Part shown: positions 28,051 to 40,649 of the stretch, one piece after another | How the letters are laid out: the number at the start of each line of letters is the position of its first letter | How positions within the stretch are numbered: the first letter of the stretch is position 1 | Assembly (NCBI GenBank): GCA_050084985.1 | Contig: JBITNC010000001.1 | Coordinates: forward strand, 200,570,001-200,634,000 | DNA: 64,000 nucleotides | DNA from: Nageia nagi | Lineage: Eukaryota; Plantae; Pinophyta | Direction: 5' to 3' | The notes under the pieces: generated by a model | What the model saw: only the letters and a program-made list of their open reading frames with translations | Told to the model about the DNA's origin: nothing | The model's database searches: none | Made by a program: the position numbers and the translations under genes

Positions 28051-28959
28051 AGATTGTACTATGGATATAGTTCCATCCCTTTTTGTACTATATATATATA
28101 TATATATATTACCCTTTAGCATTAAATTTTTATTTAAATGAGTTTGATTTGATATGCTTTGTATTTGAATGGTTTATTTAAACATAATAAAGAACATAAA
28201 AAATAATCAAATACCAAATCAAGGTCCCCTAGGTACCAAAGTCAAGAAATAATGCATAGGCTTGAGTTTTTTTCCCTTAAATTATTACAAATGTATAATT
28301 TAATCATTTTAACCAATCAAACATGCAATGAATATGAATGAAATAATATTGTTTTTAATTCTATTATGGGAAAGGCACATCATTAATGACATAAAAATAT
28401 GTAGCATGTCATTAATAGCATGATATGCAATCACCGTGATGAAAATTTTAATAAACAATGATAACAAATTTAACTAAGACACCAATGAGATAAGAATCAA
28501 ATGCATACAATGAATAATAATACATAATGACCAAACCAAGAAATAACCTACCTAATGTACACTACTATTTTGATATTTATAATTTGAGCAATGATTTTGC
28601 ATACCTGGGATGATTTGGAAACCTAGACACATTTTGTAGATGTAGGGACAAATAGAGGTGATTTTGTTGTTACATATTTCATGCCATTAGTGGCATACAA
28701 ATAGTATTACATACCATTATCAACATCTCTTACTTTACTTTCTCACCATTCTTTGATTTTCTAGTACTACCATCTTCATTTACTTGCTTCAAACATCGAT
28801 TGCATCTATATTTGTTAAAAAAATAATAATTTATGCAATGTGAAGTACTTACCATGCCAATGAAACCTTTTGGTTGTGAATTTGGTTAAGGATTTGTAAA
28901 TACCCTCAACTATCCATTATTAGGGTGTACAGGTCCATCATTTATAGCAATATTATCAT

Positions 28960-29800
28960 CCATATGAATGTCTTTCTTATCAATGAAATCCTAAACGATG
29001 TTTCTTAAAACCCTACAATTTCTTATTAGGTTCCCTTGTTTCTTATGATAATTACAAAATTCCTCATATCTATAATTTTTAGGCACACCATTAGGAAAAT
29101 GAGGCTAGACAATTGGTGGAAGCTCAATAAGTTCTTTTAACAACACATTGAGAAGATTATCAACAATATTATCTAACTTAGTAAATTTCCTTTAAGGTTT
29201 ATTATTTCTTTTATCAACATTATTAACCTTAATTTTTTTATTATTTTCCATAGTTTTTACTTTCTTTTCATATGTGTGAGGTTTTTTATAACTCATATCA
29301 TAAAATTTCTTTATACAAGTCTCTTTTTTAAACAAAACATCCACCATTTCACCCAATGTCATATCATGGTTAGAGATAACTAATAACTTATATATAAATA
29401 ATAAAGCATTTACAAATGTATATTTCAAATCCTACTTAGGCATAGTGATCTTATTAGCAATTTGTTTCTATATTTTCACAAAATTAGACAAAGATTGGTT
29501 AAGCAATTGCTTAATTTCACACAAATATTAGAATTGCACCTTTTCTTGAATATTGTATCTAAAGAAAGTACTTCAAAAATTGATGTAACAAATATTCATA
29601 TTTATCAATACTCTTTTTAGGAAAAAGAAAATACCATTTCAATGCATCATCTTCCAAACTATGCAAAAATAATTTAGAAAGCATAGCTTTATCATGAACA
29701 TATTCCATAGATTCTTCTTAGAATTTTCTAACATGCATTTTTGGATCTTGTAAAGCTTCAAAATTTGTAAATTTAATGCTCTTTTTATGAGTAAGAACTT
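28960..29800 (-). pseudogene. Element C gag remnant
   Basis: KFEALQDPKMHVRKF*EESMEYVHDKAMLSKLFLHSLEDDALKWYF; knuckle EFCNYHKKQGNLIRNCRVLRNIV*DFID. Confidence 0.8.
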
Positions 29801-31145
29801 TAAAAAAAATTCTATCAGTCAAGGGATGCTTTAAACAAAATAAGAAACCATCTTCATCATCATTAAGCAATTCCTTTTCTAATTTTTTAATTCTTTCCTT
29901 TGTTGTGCTAACAATGTTTAATACTACAAAAGTTTGAGTTTGAAAAAAGGTACTTTAGCTATCGAGGGTGGTGGAGGTATTTGAGGTGGAACTTATTAAT
30001 TTGAGAGGAATATTTGTTTACATTTCTAAGCTCTATTTATTTTAGTGAAACAAATGGTCCAATTCTATTTACCCTTTCATGATCAAGTTTATCAAGCAAT
30101 TTTATCATAAAATCTAATTATTTCTAATAAGTAGCTTTATAAAGGGATGGGGTTTGTTGATCATCTTAAAGGATTTCCAATTTAATATTATGTTCATATT
30201 TTGACCAATTAGGATGATGCTTATAAGCATTATTAATAGTATCAATAAGTTGTCTAATTTTTGAATTAGGATATTCATTTTTTACCTTTAGAAAGCATAC
30301 TTATTTTGTAATGGTTAGGATTGAGGATCAGATATTCATAATCTTCATCCTCTATTTCTGTGTTATCATCTTTGATATTCACTTCACTTAGAGGATTTGT
30401 AACATCTTCTTCCACTTCACTTGGAGGCTTTGTATCATCTTCAATCACACTGCTAGCGATGTGTGTGCATATTGAAATGCCATTTGCAATGTCCTAATTA
30501 TTAGTAGAAATCCTCCATCTTAATGAAACTACATTTTCATAAGAAAAAAACTACCTAATGACTACAAAGCTATAGATTTTGCTTCTAATAACTCATAATT
30601 TGTTAGAACATTAATAACAATTTTAGCGTTATGAGTAAGAAAATATTCCAAATTTTTTTATCAGATAGCAATTCCTCGATAGAATGAATATGGATAGGAA
30701 TTCTATCTAACTCTTCAATTTTATCATTACTATTATAAGTATCATCATGACTATTCAAACTCACAATTTCAAATTTAGAATGATCAATATTTGTATCAAA
30801 TCTATTAGGAATTTCACCAATAATATCCATTTTCTTGATAGATCTTGTAGATTCAATATCACTATGTGCATTAGCCTCCACATGGTTATTAGGATAAGGC
30901 TCTTGAAGAGGTAATTTGGGGTTATTTCTAACACTTGTTTATATATCATTAAAATGAATCTTATCCCTAAAGACCTTAGGATATTCTACATTCAAATCCA
31001 TTTTTGAAACATAGGTAGAACAAACCTTAGTTTTATCATTTTATCTAGCTACTATTCAAAGAGCTTTAGATAAAGTAATGAATAATAGTGAAAAATGATT
31101 CATGAATTTTTAGAAAGGATACCCTAGATCGATATCTAGGTGTGT

Positions 31146-31164
31146 AATAATATTAGGTTCACCA
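31146..31164 (-). promoter_or_regulatory. PBS complementary to tRNA-Trp (element C)
   Basis: Plus strand aataatattaggttcacca vs the plant tRNA-Trp 3' end as I recall it (..tcacgtcgggttcacca); differences are mainly CG>TA. Confidence 0.6.
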
Positions 31165-32325
31165 AAATGTAGAATTCAAATTATGCAGTTATGAATAAAC
31201 ATAATTAAATAGATAGTCTACAATATACAATGAATATGCAATGTACACTATCTCAAGTTACAATAGATATATATATGAAACATATGAACTTGATATGAAG
31301 TGCATGTATAATCCTCGAAAGTAGATAGCAATGAATATTCAAAGGATTGGGATCAGATTTAAAATGAGTTCACAATAGATCTTTGTAAGAGTAGAGCAAT
31401 TAGTCAACCACCAAAATCTAAGACTCCTAATCTAGAAAGTGCATATTACTAATGGTTTAGAGGAATAACACCACTAACTATGTAGAACTAGATGATTTAT
31501 GTTATGTGTAGAATACAAAAAGTTTTGAGCTTAGAGTATAATAAGTTCTCAAGATAGGTGGCATCTAGATACATCATTATAGTTGACAACCACCTATCAA
31601 ATTTTCTTATCATATCAAAAGAGTTTGATCTATGGAAATCAACTTATTTCACCCAAATTTATAGCCTATAAATGACATAGAGAGGAATGAGGCTGACTCC
31701 CAACAATAATAATAAAATTTTTTGTATTTTAGATAAGTTAAAGTATGAACCATGGTAAATGATATTACATTGGTCCTAGCACATGGTATTGCATTGTAAT
31801 ATCAATTTTATCTTTATTTATATATTATTATCATTAATAATTTAAGGAGTCTAAATATGACTTATTAAATAAATAATAAATCATTTTTAGGCATATACAC
31901 TCTAGGAATACTAACAAAACATAAACTATTGAAGTTGATATATTTCTAATTTTTAGAGGTAAACTAACTTGGTACACATATTTTGATATAGGTTTGGATG
32001 CTTAGGTAGAGAAACTACAAGCACTGGTGTTTAGCCCATAAGAGGAGTTGGTTGCTCAACATGAGTAGATAGGCACTCTTCAAGAATAAATAGAGATATT
32101 GCAATCTCTACTATATGTCATCCATCAATGGGAGCTTAAGAGGCTCAAGGATTTGATTATAGAAAAGGATAATTAGTTACTATAGTTTGAATAGATACTA
32201 GTAGCAATATTGGCCTCTAGGAGTAGGTTAAGATATAATACTATGACTCACACTCATGATGCATCTATTGGAAAAAGTTCGTAAAGGGGGACCTAGTTGT
32301 ATTGTCAAACATGACATGTATTTTG

Positions 32326-32360
<35 letters not shown>

Positions 32361-33649
32361 CCTATTTTGTTATAATTTGTTCATTTTAGCCTATTTAATT
32401 TAAAAATAAATAAATATGTTTAATTTGAAAAATTTAAAATATTAAGTTATAATTAATCAAATTTAAAAGTAAACACTCAATGAATAAACACTCAAATAAA
32501 TACAATCCATTTTCAATAAAGATAAAACATTTAGTTTTTACAAATACAGAAATAGTCAAATTCTATGTGACCATAACGAAGTGATGATACTATAATCCAA
32601 TGGTGATGCTTAGGTAAATATAGAAATGTTTGAAAGAAAAGAAATAATTCAAGGTATTGGCCTAATTTTGAGAAAAAGAGGCCTAAAATTTGATAAAATG
32701 AAAGGTTAGAAATCAGTATACCTAGGTTTCATGTGTCAAGTTTATAAAGCATTGTTTAGAAATTTTTATAGTTTTTATTGCATATGAACAACATTTTTAT
32801 GACTAAAGAACACATCCCAAAATTTAATAAAATGATTTTCATTTTATCCATTTATGAACAAAGTGCCAATGCTATCACTAGGATATAGGAAGGAAAATAT
32901 ACCTATATTTAACAAGCCAATTTATATTTGTAAGAAATAACAAAAAACAATAATGTAAACATAAAATGCAAGAAATGAATTTATGAAATAACCCAAATAC
33001 TATCAACATTAAGGATCATACCTAGAATTCAAGGTTATTGTACTTATGTTTATGGCTATGATTGAAAACTACTCATATTATTGGTCTATAATTTCTTTCT
33101 GTCATTATCAAGTTTTGCCTTCTTCAATTGGGGAAACAAATTGTTGAACATCCTTAACCTTTGATTTTATGGATACAAGTCCATTATAATTGCTTTGGCC
33201 CTACATTACAATAAAACCTTAGCTAAAACTTTATGATAAAATTTAAATTTACCTTGATCATGCAAATCTTAATTTATATTTTTCAAATGATAATAGTCTT
33301 TTATGGCATGACCAACTCTTTAATGGAAGTTATAAAAGAGGTGTGCTTGATAACCTGAAGGTTTAATTCAAGGGGGATATTTTATTGGTGGATAATGGAC
33401 TAAGTTCATGGATACTAAAGCATATAATACTTCATTTATATCCTCATGGAATTTGGTATAGTGCTTACATGACCTTTTAGGTTACTAAACTTCTATATCA
33501 TCATGGTTGACTCAAGCCATCATTTTGGTTTTAGGTTTGGGTTAGTGTTGGGCCTTCCTAGGCTTATCAGTAAAAATAGGTTTAAGGAACATTATTTTCT
33601 TCATGTGGGCTAATGGTTCATTGAAGTTATTATGAAATGATTCCTTACT

Positions 33650-34200
33650 AATCATGTCATTTATTAGCTTATCGTAAGGATAGTCCTAAAAATTCAAAAA
33701 GTCATTTCTCCAAGATGGCTTGATAATGCTCAAAAAAGGATATATTTTTTTCTTAAGTAGGGATTTGGAATTAGTTAGCTACTTTGGACCACTCAATAAT
33801 GAAATCACTAAGAAGCTAACCATGTTTTGTTTTAAGGTATACGTATCTAAGGGACATGGTTCTTGGGTTACAGATAGGTGATAACGAGCTAGAAATACCT
33901 TAACAATATCATCAAAATATGTAATACTCTCATTAGGAAAATTAGTAAACCATAAGAATGATTCTCATCCTCAAAATATGTAATCCTCTAATTAGCTAAC
34001 AAATCATCATTATTTTCAAATGAAATAGCTTATAAGTGATACCTTTGTAAATGTATTCTGGGATCAGAATGATGATCAGATATCATAAAATTTACCTATT
34101 TATCATACCTTTTTAGATAGATATGATACCAAAAGGGACTCTCACTACCTTGTGAAATTATGGGTGTAAATTTGTTGATGCAATCCATGATGGGGTCTTT
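33650..34200 (-). pseudogene. Element D gag remnant
   Basis: SDPRIHLQRYHL*AISFENNDDLLA..FLWFTNFPNESITYFDDIVKVFLARY (Retrotrans_gag). Confidence 0.75.
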
Positions 34201-36228
34201 TTATTTGTTTAAATATATGATATTTTGAATTGCATCATTTGGATCTACTTACCATGATGGTCCACCAATATCTTAATTCTTGTCTTTTTCTAAACCTCCA
34301 AATGAACCAAAACATTGAACCTTATATTGTTTTAGGGTTCTTACCAAATTGTTAACCATATCCATTTTATATTTTGGTGAAGAAAATTTGACATCCATAT
34401 TGAGCTTTAGGAAACTCAATTATTATCTTAATATTACAAATTCTTCATCTAACCATCTGGGTCTTTGTATCATACAAAATTATATTGCTGAATCTAGCTC
34501 ATGAATCCAAACATTAGGTATGAATGGTCTATTAGGCACATCATGTTATGAAACATTAATCAAGTATTCTTCATCAATTTTATCTTCTTATTTTTCATTT
34601 CAATCTAGGAATACCTATTGAATGATGAGGCATTTCTTGAAAGCCCTAGGTTCTTGAATGTTTTGGATTGAATTTGATTTAAGAAATGGAGCAATAGTGT
34701 TGGGATCATTCATGTTGCTAGGTTCTACTTAGTTATTAGGTGATTTTTTTTAGACTAAAGGTTCAATAACATTGTTAGTTAACAAAAAATACAATGAAGT
34801 AACCTCTAATGATTTGAAATATATGTATACTTATCTACAAGGAGTTAATATCATATCATGTTGAGTTTGTTGTACCATTTTTTTTGATATATTTAGGATT
34901 GACATGTATAAGGTGTTTGACTTTGGTATATACTTCTAGCATGGTTTGGAAAAGAAAAGGAAGACACTCTTTTGTAGCTAACAATTTCCTACCTTGAGAA
35001 AGAGATAAGATTTTGGTGAGTACCTCTAGTGCATTGGATGGATGTTCTTCATCTCTTGATTGATCAATTTTTGTATATTTTTTAGTTGAGTAGCTATTTT
35101 GGAGAACTATCATATTCCTCATGGAGGTGCAATCTTCATACTATTTCACTTTGTCTTCTTGGTGCATTGGCATAATTCTTTCACACCCTATCCTTTTTAA
35201 GTTGTATAATAGGATATTTATCTAAAGTAATGGGTGTATCCATTCCTGAAACACTTGAAATGTGATGTATCAAAAAGAAGTGAGTTCACCAATTTTTAAA
35301 ATTGGAATAATAATAATTAGGGTTATTTATAATATAATTAATTTAATAAATTAACCATGAAATATTAGTAAATAATGATATAAAATATGATAATGAACTA
35401 ATTGATCTTGACTTATCAAATTAGATTTACAAAAGATACAAACATGTACTTATCATGTTGAATGAAAATGATATTTAGTTGAAAGAATATGAACATTGAG
35501 CTTCTCCAAATAATAGATCCACCAATCCAATGTCAACCCAGCATCGATGCTAGAATCCTAGTGGCATTGCCTAGTTACCTTTCCCTTTCACTCGATGTTA
35601 TCTTCATTCCTTTAAAGCTCAAAATATTGAGTGCAAATAGATGTAAAGAATCACAAAAATGCAGAGCTCAATGTATAACAAAATCTAGATATGATAGGGG
35701 GCATTAAGAAACACCTATCAAGAATGACACAAGTAATCACCACCTTTCAAGGATTCAAGATCATATGATAATTGCTTATGCACAACTCCTCCACCTTTAT
35801 AGGTAATAGTTCTAGTGCTAAGGATCCATTTTAGGCTTATTGTGATCTTGGGAGAAGTTATTATCATAAATCATAAAGGTAGATAAGAGTGCATAGTGAT
35901 AAGAATATTTATTTAATAAAATAAACAAATCATTTTTGAATACATAAAAGGGTATTTTAATTAAATTAAAATTCTTTTTTAGGTTTTAATAATGTTTCTA
36001 TTTTTTCAAGTTATTTTTTCTTTTGGTTGTTCTTACTTCATGGATTACCATTCCATTTTACAACCAAGGAAAAGATAGAGTAATATATATCATCAAAATT
36101 TGATTATCTAATGGTTCCAATACAAAATAGGGAAGTATAAATTTTTTTTCTCTTTCTTTTCCACTTCCTTTGAAAATATAATTTCATTTCAATAATATTT
36201 CATTTCATTATATTTGCAAAGGGGGTAT

Positions 36229-37024
36229 CTTTTGACACCTAATTTTGGTCCATCTAAGGTGGTACCCTGTTAGGTATTTACTTGTGTTAATATTATGTCA
36301 TTTCATTATATTAATATCATATTATATCATATATATTATCTTGTCCCATTTAAGACACTTATTATGTAATATTTTCTTTATTTATGCAAGGTACCCCAAC
36401 ATTAGCACTAGGTTATATGTGGAGGTACTCTTTCATATTTAAAGGTAACTATGATTATATGGGAAAGAACCAAGATTTTATCTCAATAGTCAATTCCTAC
36501 ATTTAGGTGTTTTTCAACATGACTTATTAAGATTAGGATCTTGTTATCACTTGATAATATCTATCATTATATATTTCATAATTGTATGTTTGACTTGACT
36601 TGTTGACAGACTACTATTTATCTATCCTTGATGGAAAATACTACTTGATTGGAACCCTAGCACTCGTGCTCACATGCATGTCTACATTGCTATTTCAAGA
36701 CCTAGTGCTTATGCTACCATAGGAATTCATATTGATATTTCTACTAATATGATATATGGGGTTCAAAAATCAAGGTCACATCCCTTTGATAAGCTCAATC
36801 TACATATAATAAACTTCTCTTAAGTAAGGATTTACAAGTATGTATCTATCTCTTGATCCCTTTCTCATTAGTGCATTGATGTTATCTTGATCCAATAGTC
36901 TCAATATTGCTTTATTTGTGTCTATTCTATTATGATTCATATTATTATTCTTATGATTGAATGTAAATATTTATTATAGTTTCTACCTAGTTTAATATTA
37001 GGGGTTAATAAAAAAAGTTTAACA
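36229..37024 (+). repeat. 3' LTR of element E
   Basis: PPT upstream, CA end, CATAT TSD; the first ~120 bp match 14915-15040. Confidence 0.75.
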
Positions 37025-38549
37025 CATATCATATTATGCATTGTGTATTTCATATCATATAACTTAATTATATGAAAAATGATCTTTCAAATACTTAAGT
37101 GATATATATTTACTTTTGTAAAAACTCTGATATGTCCTAAAAACCAAGAGGTTTAAAATGATTTTAAGAGACTTATCTATATATTTATATGAATTACAAT
37201 AAAAAAGTGTACTAATATTAGTAATAGTTATAGAAAAAGGACCATGGGGAAGAGAAATGCCTCACTTTATACAAAACTAATTGTATGAATTTTTTGTATA
37301 ATTTTATCCATGAACACTTCAGGTATGGCATGTAATGCATAGATAAAATTTTAGGGCTTACTCAATTGCAACATACCAATATTATTCTGGAAGCCCTGAA
37401 CTAGTAATTAAATAATGAAAAATTCAAAAACCTAAGATTTTTTCTCCATATAAGCTAAAATATAATGAGAACGTGAAACATTTCATGGATTACAATGATT
37501 GTAGGGTATACAAGGAATGGTTGTATGAGAAATTATTGTAAAGTACAAAATCTAAAAAATTTATACTTTTTCCATCAGGTAAGCTAAAAGTTAAAATAAA
37601 AGTGACTAATTTCATAAATTGCAATAATTATAGGGTATGAAATAAATGGTTGTATGTGAAATTTTTGTAAGGGATGCCAACTATTTCAACCACTTAAAGG
37701 ATGGAAAATAACTAAAGGATGTTTGTTGTAAGCTAAAAGTTAAAGTGAGCAATATGACATGTAATCTAGTATTGCAAGATCTCCAATGCTAGCATCTATT
37801 ATGAGATTTATTAGATTTAATGCAATCTCCAATGGAGCTCTTCTTTATGTAAATAACCCTTTTTACAAATTCTTTACTATGCATATGTTAAATCAAAAGT
37901 ACACAATACACATAAAATATAAAAGAAAAAACTAATAAATATAAAATGCAAAATGTATTAATAATACATTTTCATTAAGAAGGCAAGTGTTAACTCAAAA
38001 TGATCTTAAAATTTTCTATTATTTATTTGTTAGATCAAAATTCTCTACTTGTAAAGGTTATTGAATGTTTTGACACTAGTCAATTACATTTTATGAAAAC
38101 ACTCTAGGGCCTCCAAAATGTACCCATTCTATGCTATATTTGGATAACATTTTATACTATCTAATAATACTCCAATAATAGGTTGAAGCTTATCAAGGGT
38201 AATAATTAGAGTTTGAACAATAGACCCATGCAAGAAATCAAAAAATCTTGCTTAGAGTCCAACTAGTGTTATCCTTTTACTTGGTTGTTTTCATCATTCA
38301 TTGCATTAAGAATGAAATTTAATTCTATCTTTCATTTCATTAAGAATGGAATTCAATGCCATATTCACCAATGATGAGTTTTTCTAAGGATGGTCCTTCT
38401 TTATTGGACCCAAATGTAGGCCATAAATTCTACTAACTCCAATTTGTTATGAATTCTACATGCATCATGTAAAAATGTCTATACTACAAAATTAAGTAAT
38501 TTTATTAGTGCTATTTATAAATTTTTTTTCCTTCATGTAGATTCCTAAT

Positions 38550-39035
38550 CATGACCAAGAAGGTCAACCATACATGTATCATATTTTATTATGGGTGCAA
38601 GCTTTATAAAATAAGTGTGATTCTTGGTTGTTATCATAATTGCAAAAGGTTTTCTTGGAATGCTATTTCTAAGTTTTTTTGCTTCATTGAGATGCCCAAG
38701 CATGACCAAGAAGGTTAAATATATATGTATTGTATTTCATTATGGGTGCAAGCTTTACAAAATATGTGTGATTCTTGGTTGTTATAAAAATTACATCAAG
38801 TTTTATTGACATACTATTTCTAAGTTTTTTTACTTCATCTAGATGTCCAAGCATAGCCAAGAAGGTCAACCATACATTTATTGTATTTTATTATAGGTGC
38901 AAGCTTTAGATAACAAGTGTAATTTCTTCTCTATTATCATAATTACATCTAGTTTTATTGGCATGATATTTCTATGTATTTTATATTCATTTAGATACTC
39001 ATCATGGCTAAAAGTTAAACCATACATGTATAGTG
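38550..39035. repeat. Tandem repeat, ~151 bp x 3.2
   Basis: Unit catgaccaagaaggtcaaccatacatgtat...gggtgcaagcttta starting at 38550, 38701, 38851 and ~39003. Confidence 0.85.
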
Positions 39036-40649
39036 TTACATATTGAATATATGTGTATCAAGGCTATTATAACAATTACATGCAAAATAAATCCAGATCT
39101 AGTTATTTATCCATGCCCCATTTTAAATCTATAAGAGTTTCACATTCAAGAAGAATACTTGCAAAGTTTATTGAATCTACTCTAAAATTGATCAATTGCA
39201 TTTACTTAAAAAAATTAAGGGCCTTCAAATCATACCCATTCTATGTATATGTAATGATTATTGCAATCTATGATCAAGGATATTATATAATGCTTTTACT
39301 ACAAGGCATACATTAGCATTATCATCAACTATATTCATTCATCTAAGGTATACATTAGCATTACCACTTCATAAGGTATGATTACATATTAGATAATTAA
39401 ATTTATGTCATCTAACTTATGTGTTTGGTAAGATGAACCATTAGCAACATATATATATTAAAATTTTATTAGAAACAATTAAAATTTCATTTATATTTTT
39501 TATTTTAAAGATATTTTAAGGTGGTTATAAACCACTATTAAATTTATCTTTAACGGTGGTTATTACCCTCCATAAAACTTATAACTTTGATAGTTTTTAA
39601 GGGTGGTTTTATACTTACAAAGCCAATTTGGTTATGCAGTTTATCACCTGCATTTTTTCTTTTATAGTTTTTATGATGCCCTCATATATGTTGTGTATAA
39701 AATGACCATGAAAGTCCTATTACAATATATTATAACCACCCTCAAACCTCAACTTATCTTATAATGATCATTTCACCTATTTTTCATTGATAAACACCAT
39801 ATTCTATAATAAAAGTCTTAATATTCTATTTTATTACAATCTAGTAATAGGATTTGGCCATTCATTTGTAGGATTTTAGAAAATAAAAGTGTTCAACTAA
39901 TGAAGAAACATGTAACTCCTAAAGTATCACCACATGACATGAAGAATTGGAAGGTATGAATAATCCCATCATTCTAAGAAAAAATTGGGTTTACTAGCAT
40001 GTTAAATCTAAAGTTGTTGAATTAGTATCTCAGTAGGTTTATCATGGAGCCATTATTATTTGACCTAATCTATCCATCAAAATATTAGAGAGGATATCAC
40101 CTAAAATACCATAGGTTTTGTAAATTTTTTAGAAAGGGAATTAGCAACTATATTTTATCTATCCTTTCTCTACATGATCTCATAATCATACCCCAAAAGC
40201 TTAGTGACCTACTTTTATTGCTCAAGAGTGGAGATTATTTATTCTAAAAAGTACTTTAGACTATGATGATCCATCCAAATGAGATAATGTTGACCAATGA
40301 GATATGGCCACCATGGTTGGGCAATATGGATGATTACTAAGTGTTATATTTCATAAAACATTATTTTTATTTTTATAAATAATTAATATTTTATAAATAT
40401 TTCATTACTAGGAATTTTAAAGATCAAAGACCTAAGTTTTGATTTTCAATTCTTAGGAGCCTATTCTTCAATTATTGGATACTAAAGTCTATTTCTAGTC
40501 TATTGTAACCTATTTTATTAGAGCCTACTTAATTCCTAGTTACCTATAGAATCATATCCACTCTCTAAAAAACTCATAGACTATCTTGTACCTAATGATA
40601 GTGTTTAATCGTAGCAATTTGAATAAATGAAATCAACTAAGTATTACTT

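Larger units (their letters stand above)
23451..31899 (-). mobile_element. Element C: Tat-like Gypsy (gag + antisense PMD), nested in D
   Basis: LTRs 23451-24178 and 31168-31899 (TG..CA). TSD ATCTA/CTCTA. PPT complement ttttccctgtctttgg. tRNA-Trp-like PBS. Only a tiny integrase-like remnant at ~24560-24760. Confidence 0.9.
19184..35991 (-). mobile_element. Element D: Tat-like Gypsy (gag + antisense PMD), ~0.7 kb LTRs
   Basis: LTRs 19184-19897 and ~35293-35991. Perfect TSD ATGTT (19179-19183, 35992-35996). PBS remnant gagttcacca at 35282-35291. PPT complement gatgtcccactttg at 19898+. Confidence 0.9.
14915..37024 (+). mobile_element. Element E: Tat/Ogre-like Gypsy, gag only, hosting D and C
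   Basis: LTR start tattgatacctaatttt (14915) matches ttttgacacctaatttt (36229), which is preceded by PPT aaagggggtatc. End tttaaca at 37024. TSD CATAT at 14910-14914 and 37025-37029. The 5' LTR is recognisable for only ~140 bp. Confidence 0.75.

Noticed and set aside
39053-39316. 87-aa ORF and other 60-90 aa ORFs in the track
   Set aside because: No recognisable motifs; lengths are compatible with chance or with antisense frames of TE coding remnants.
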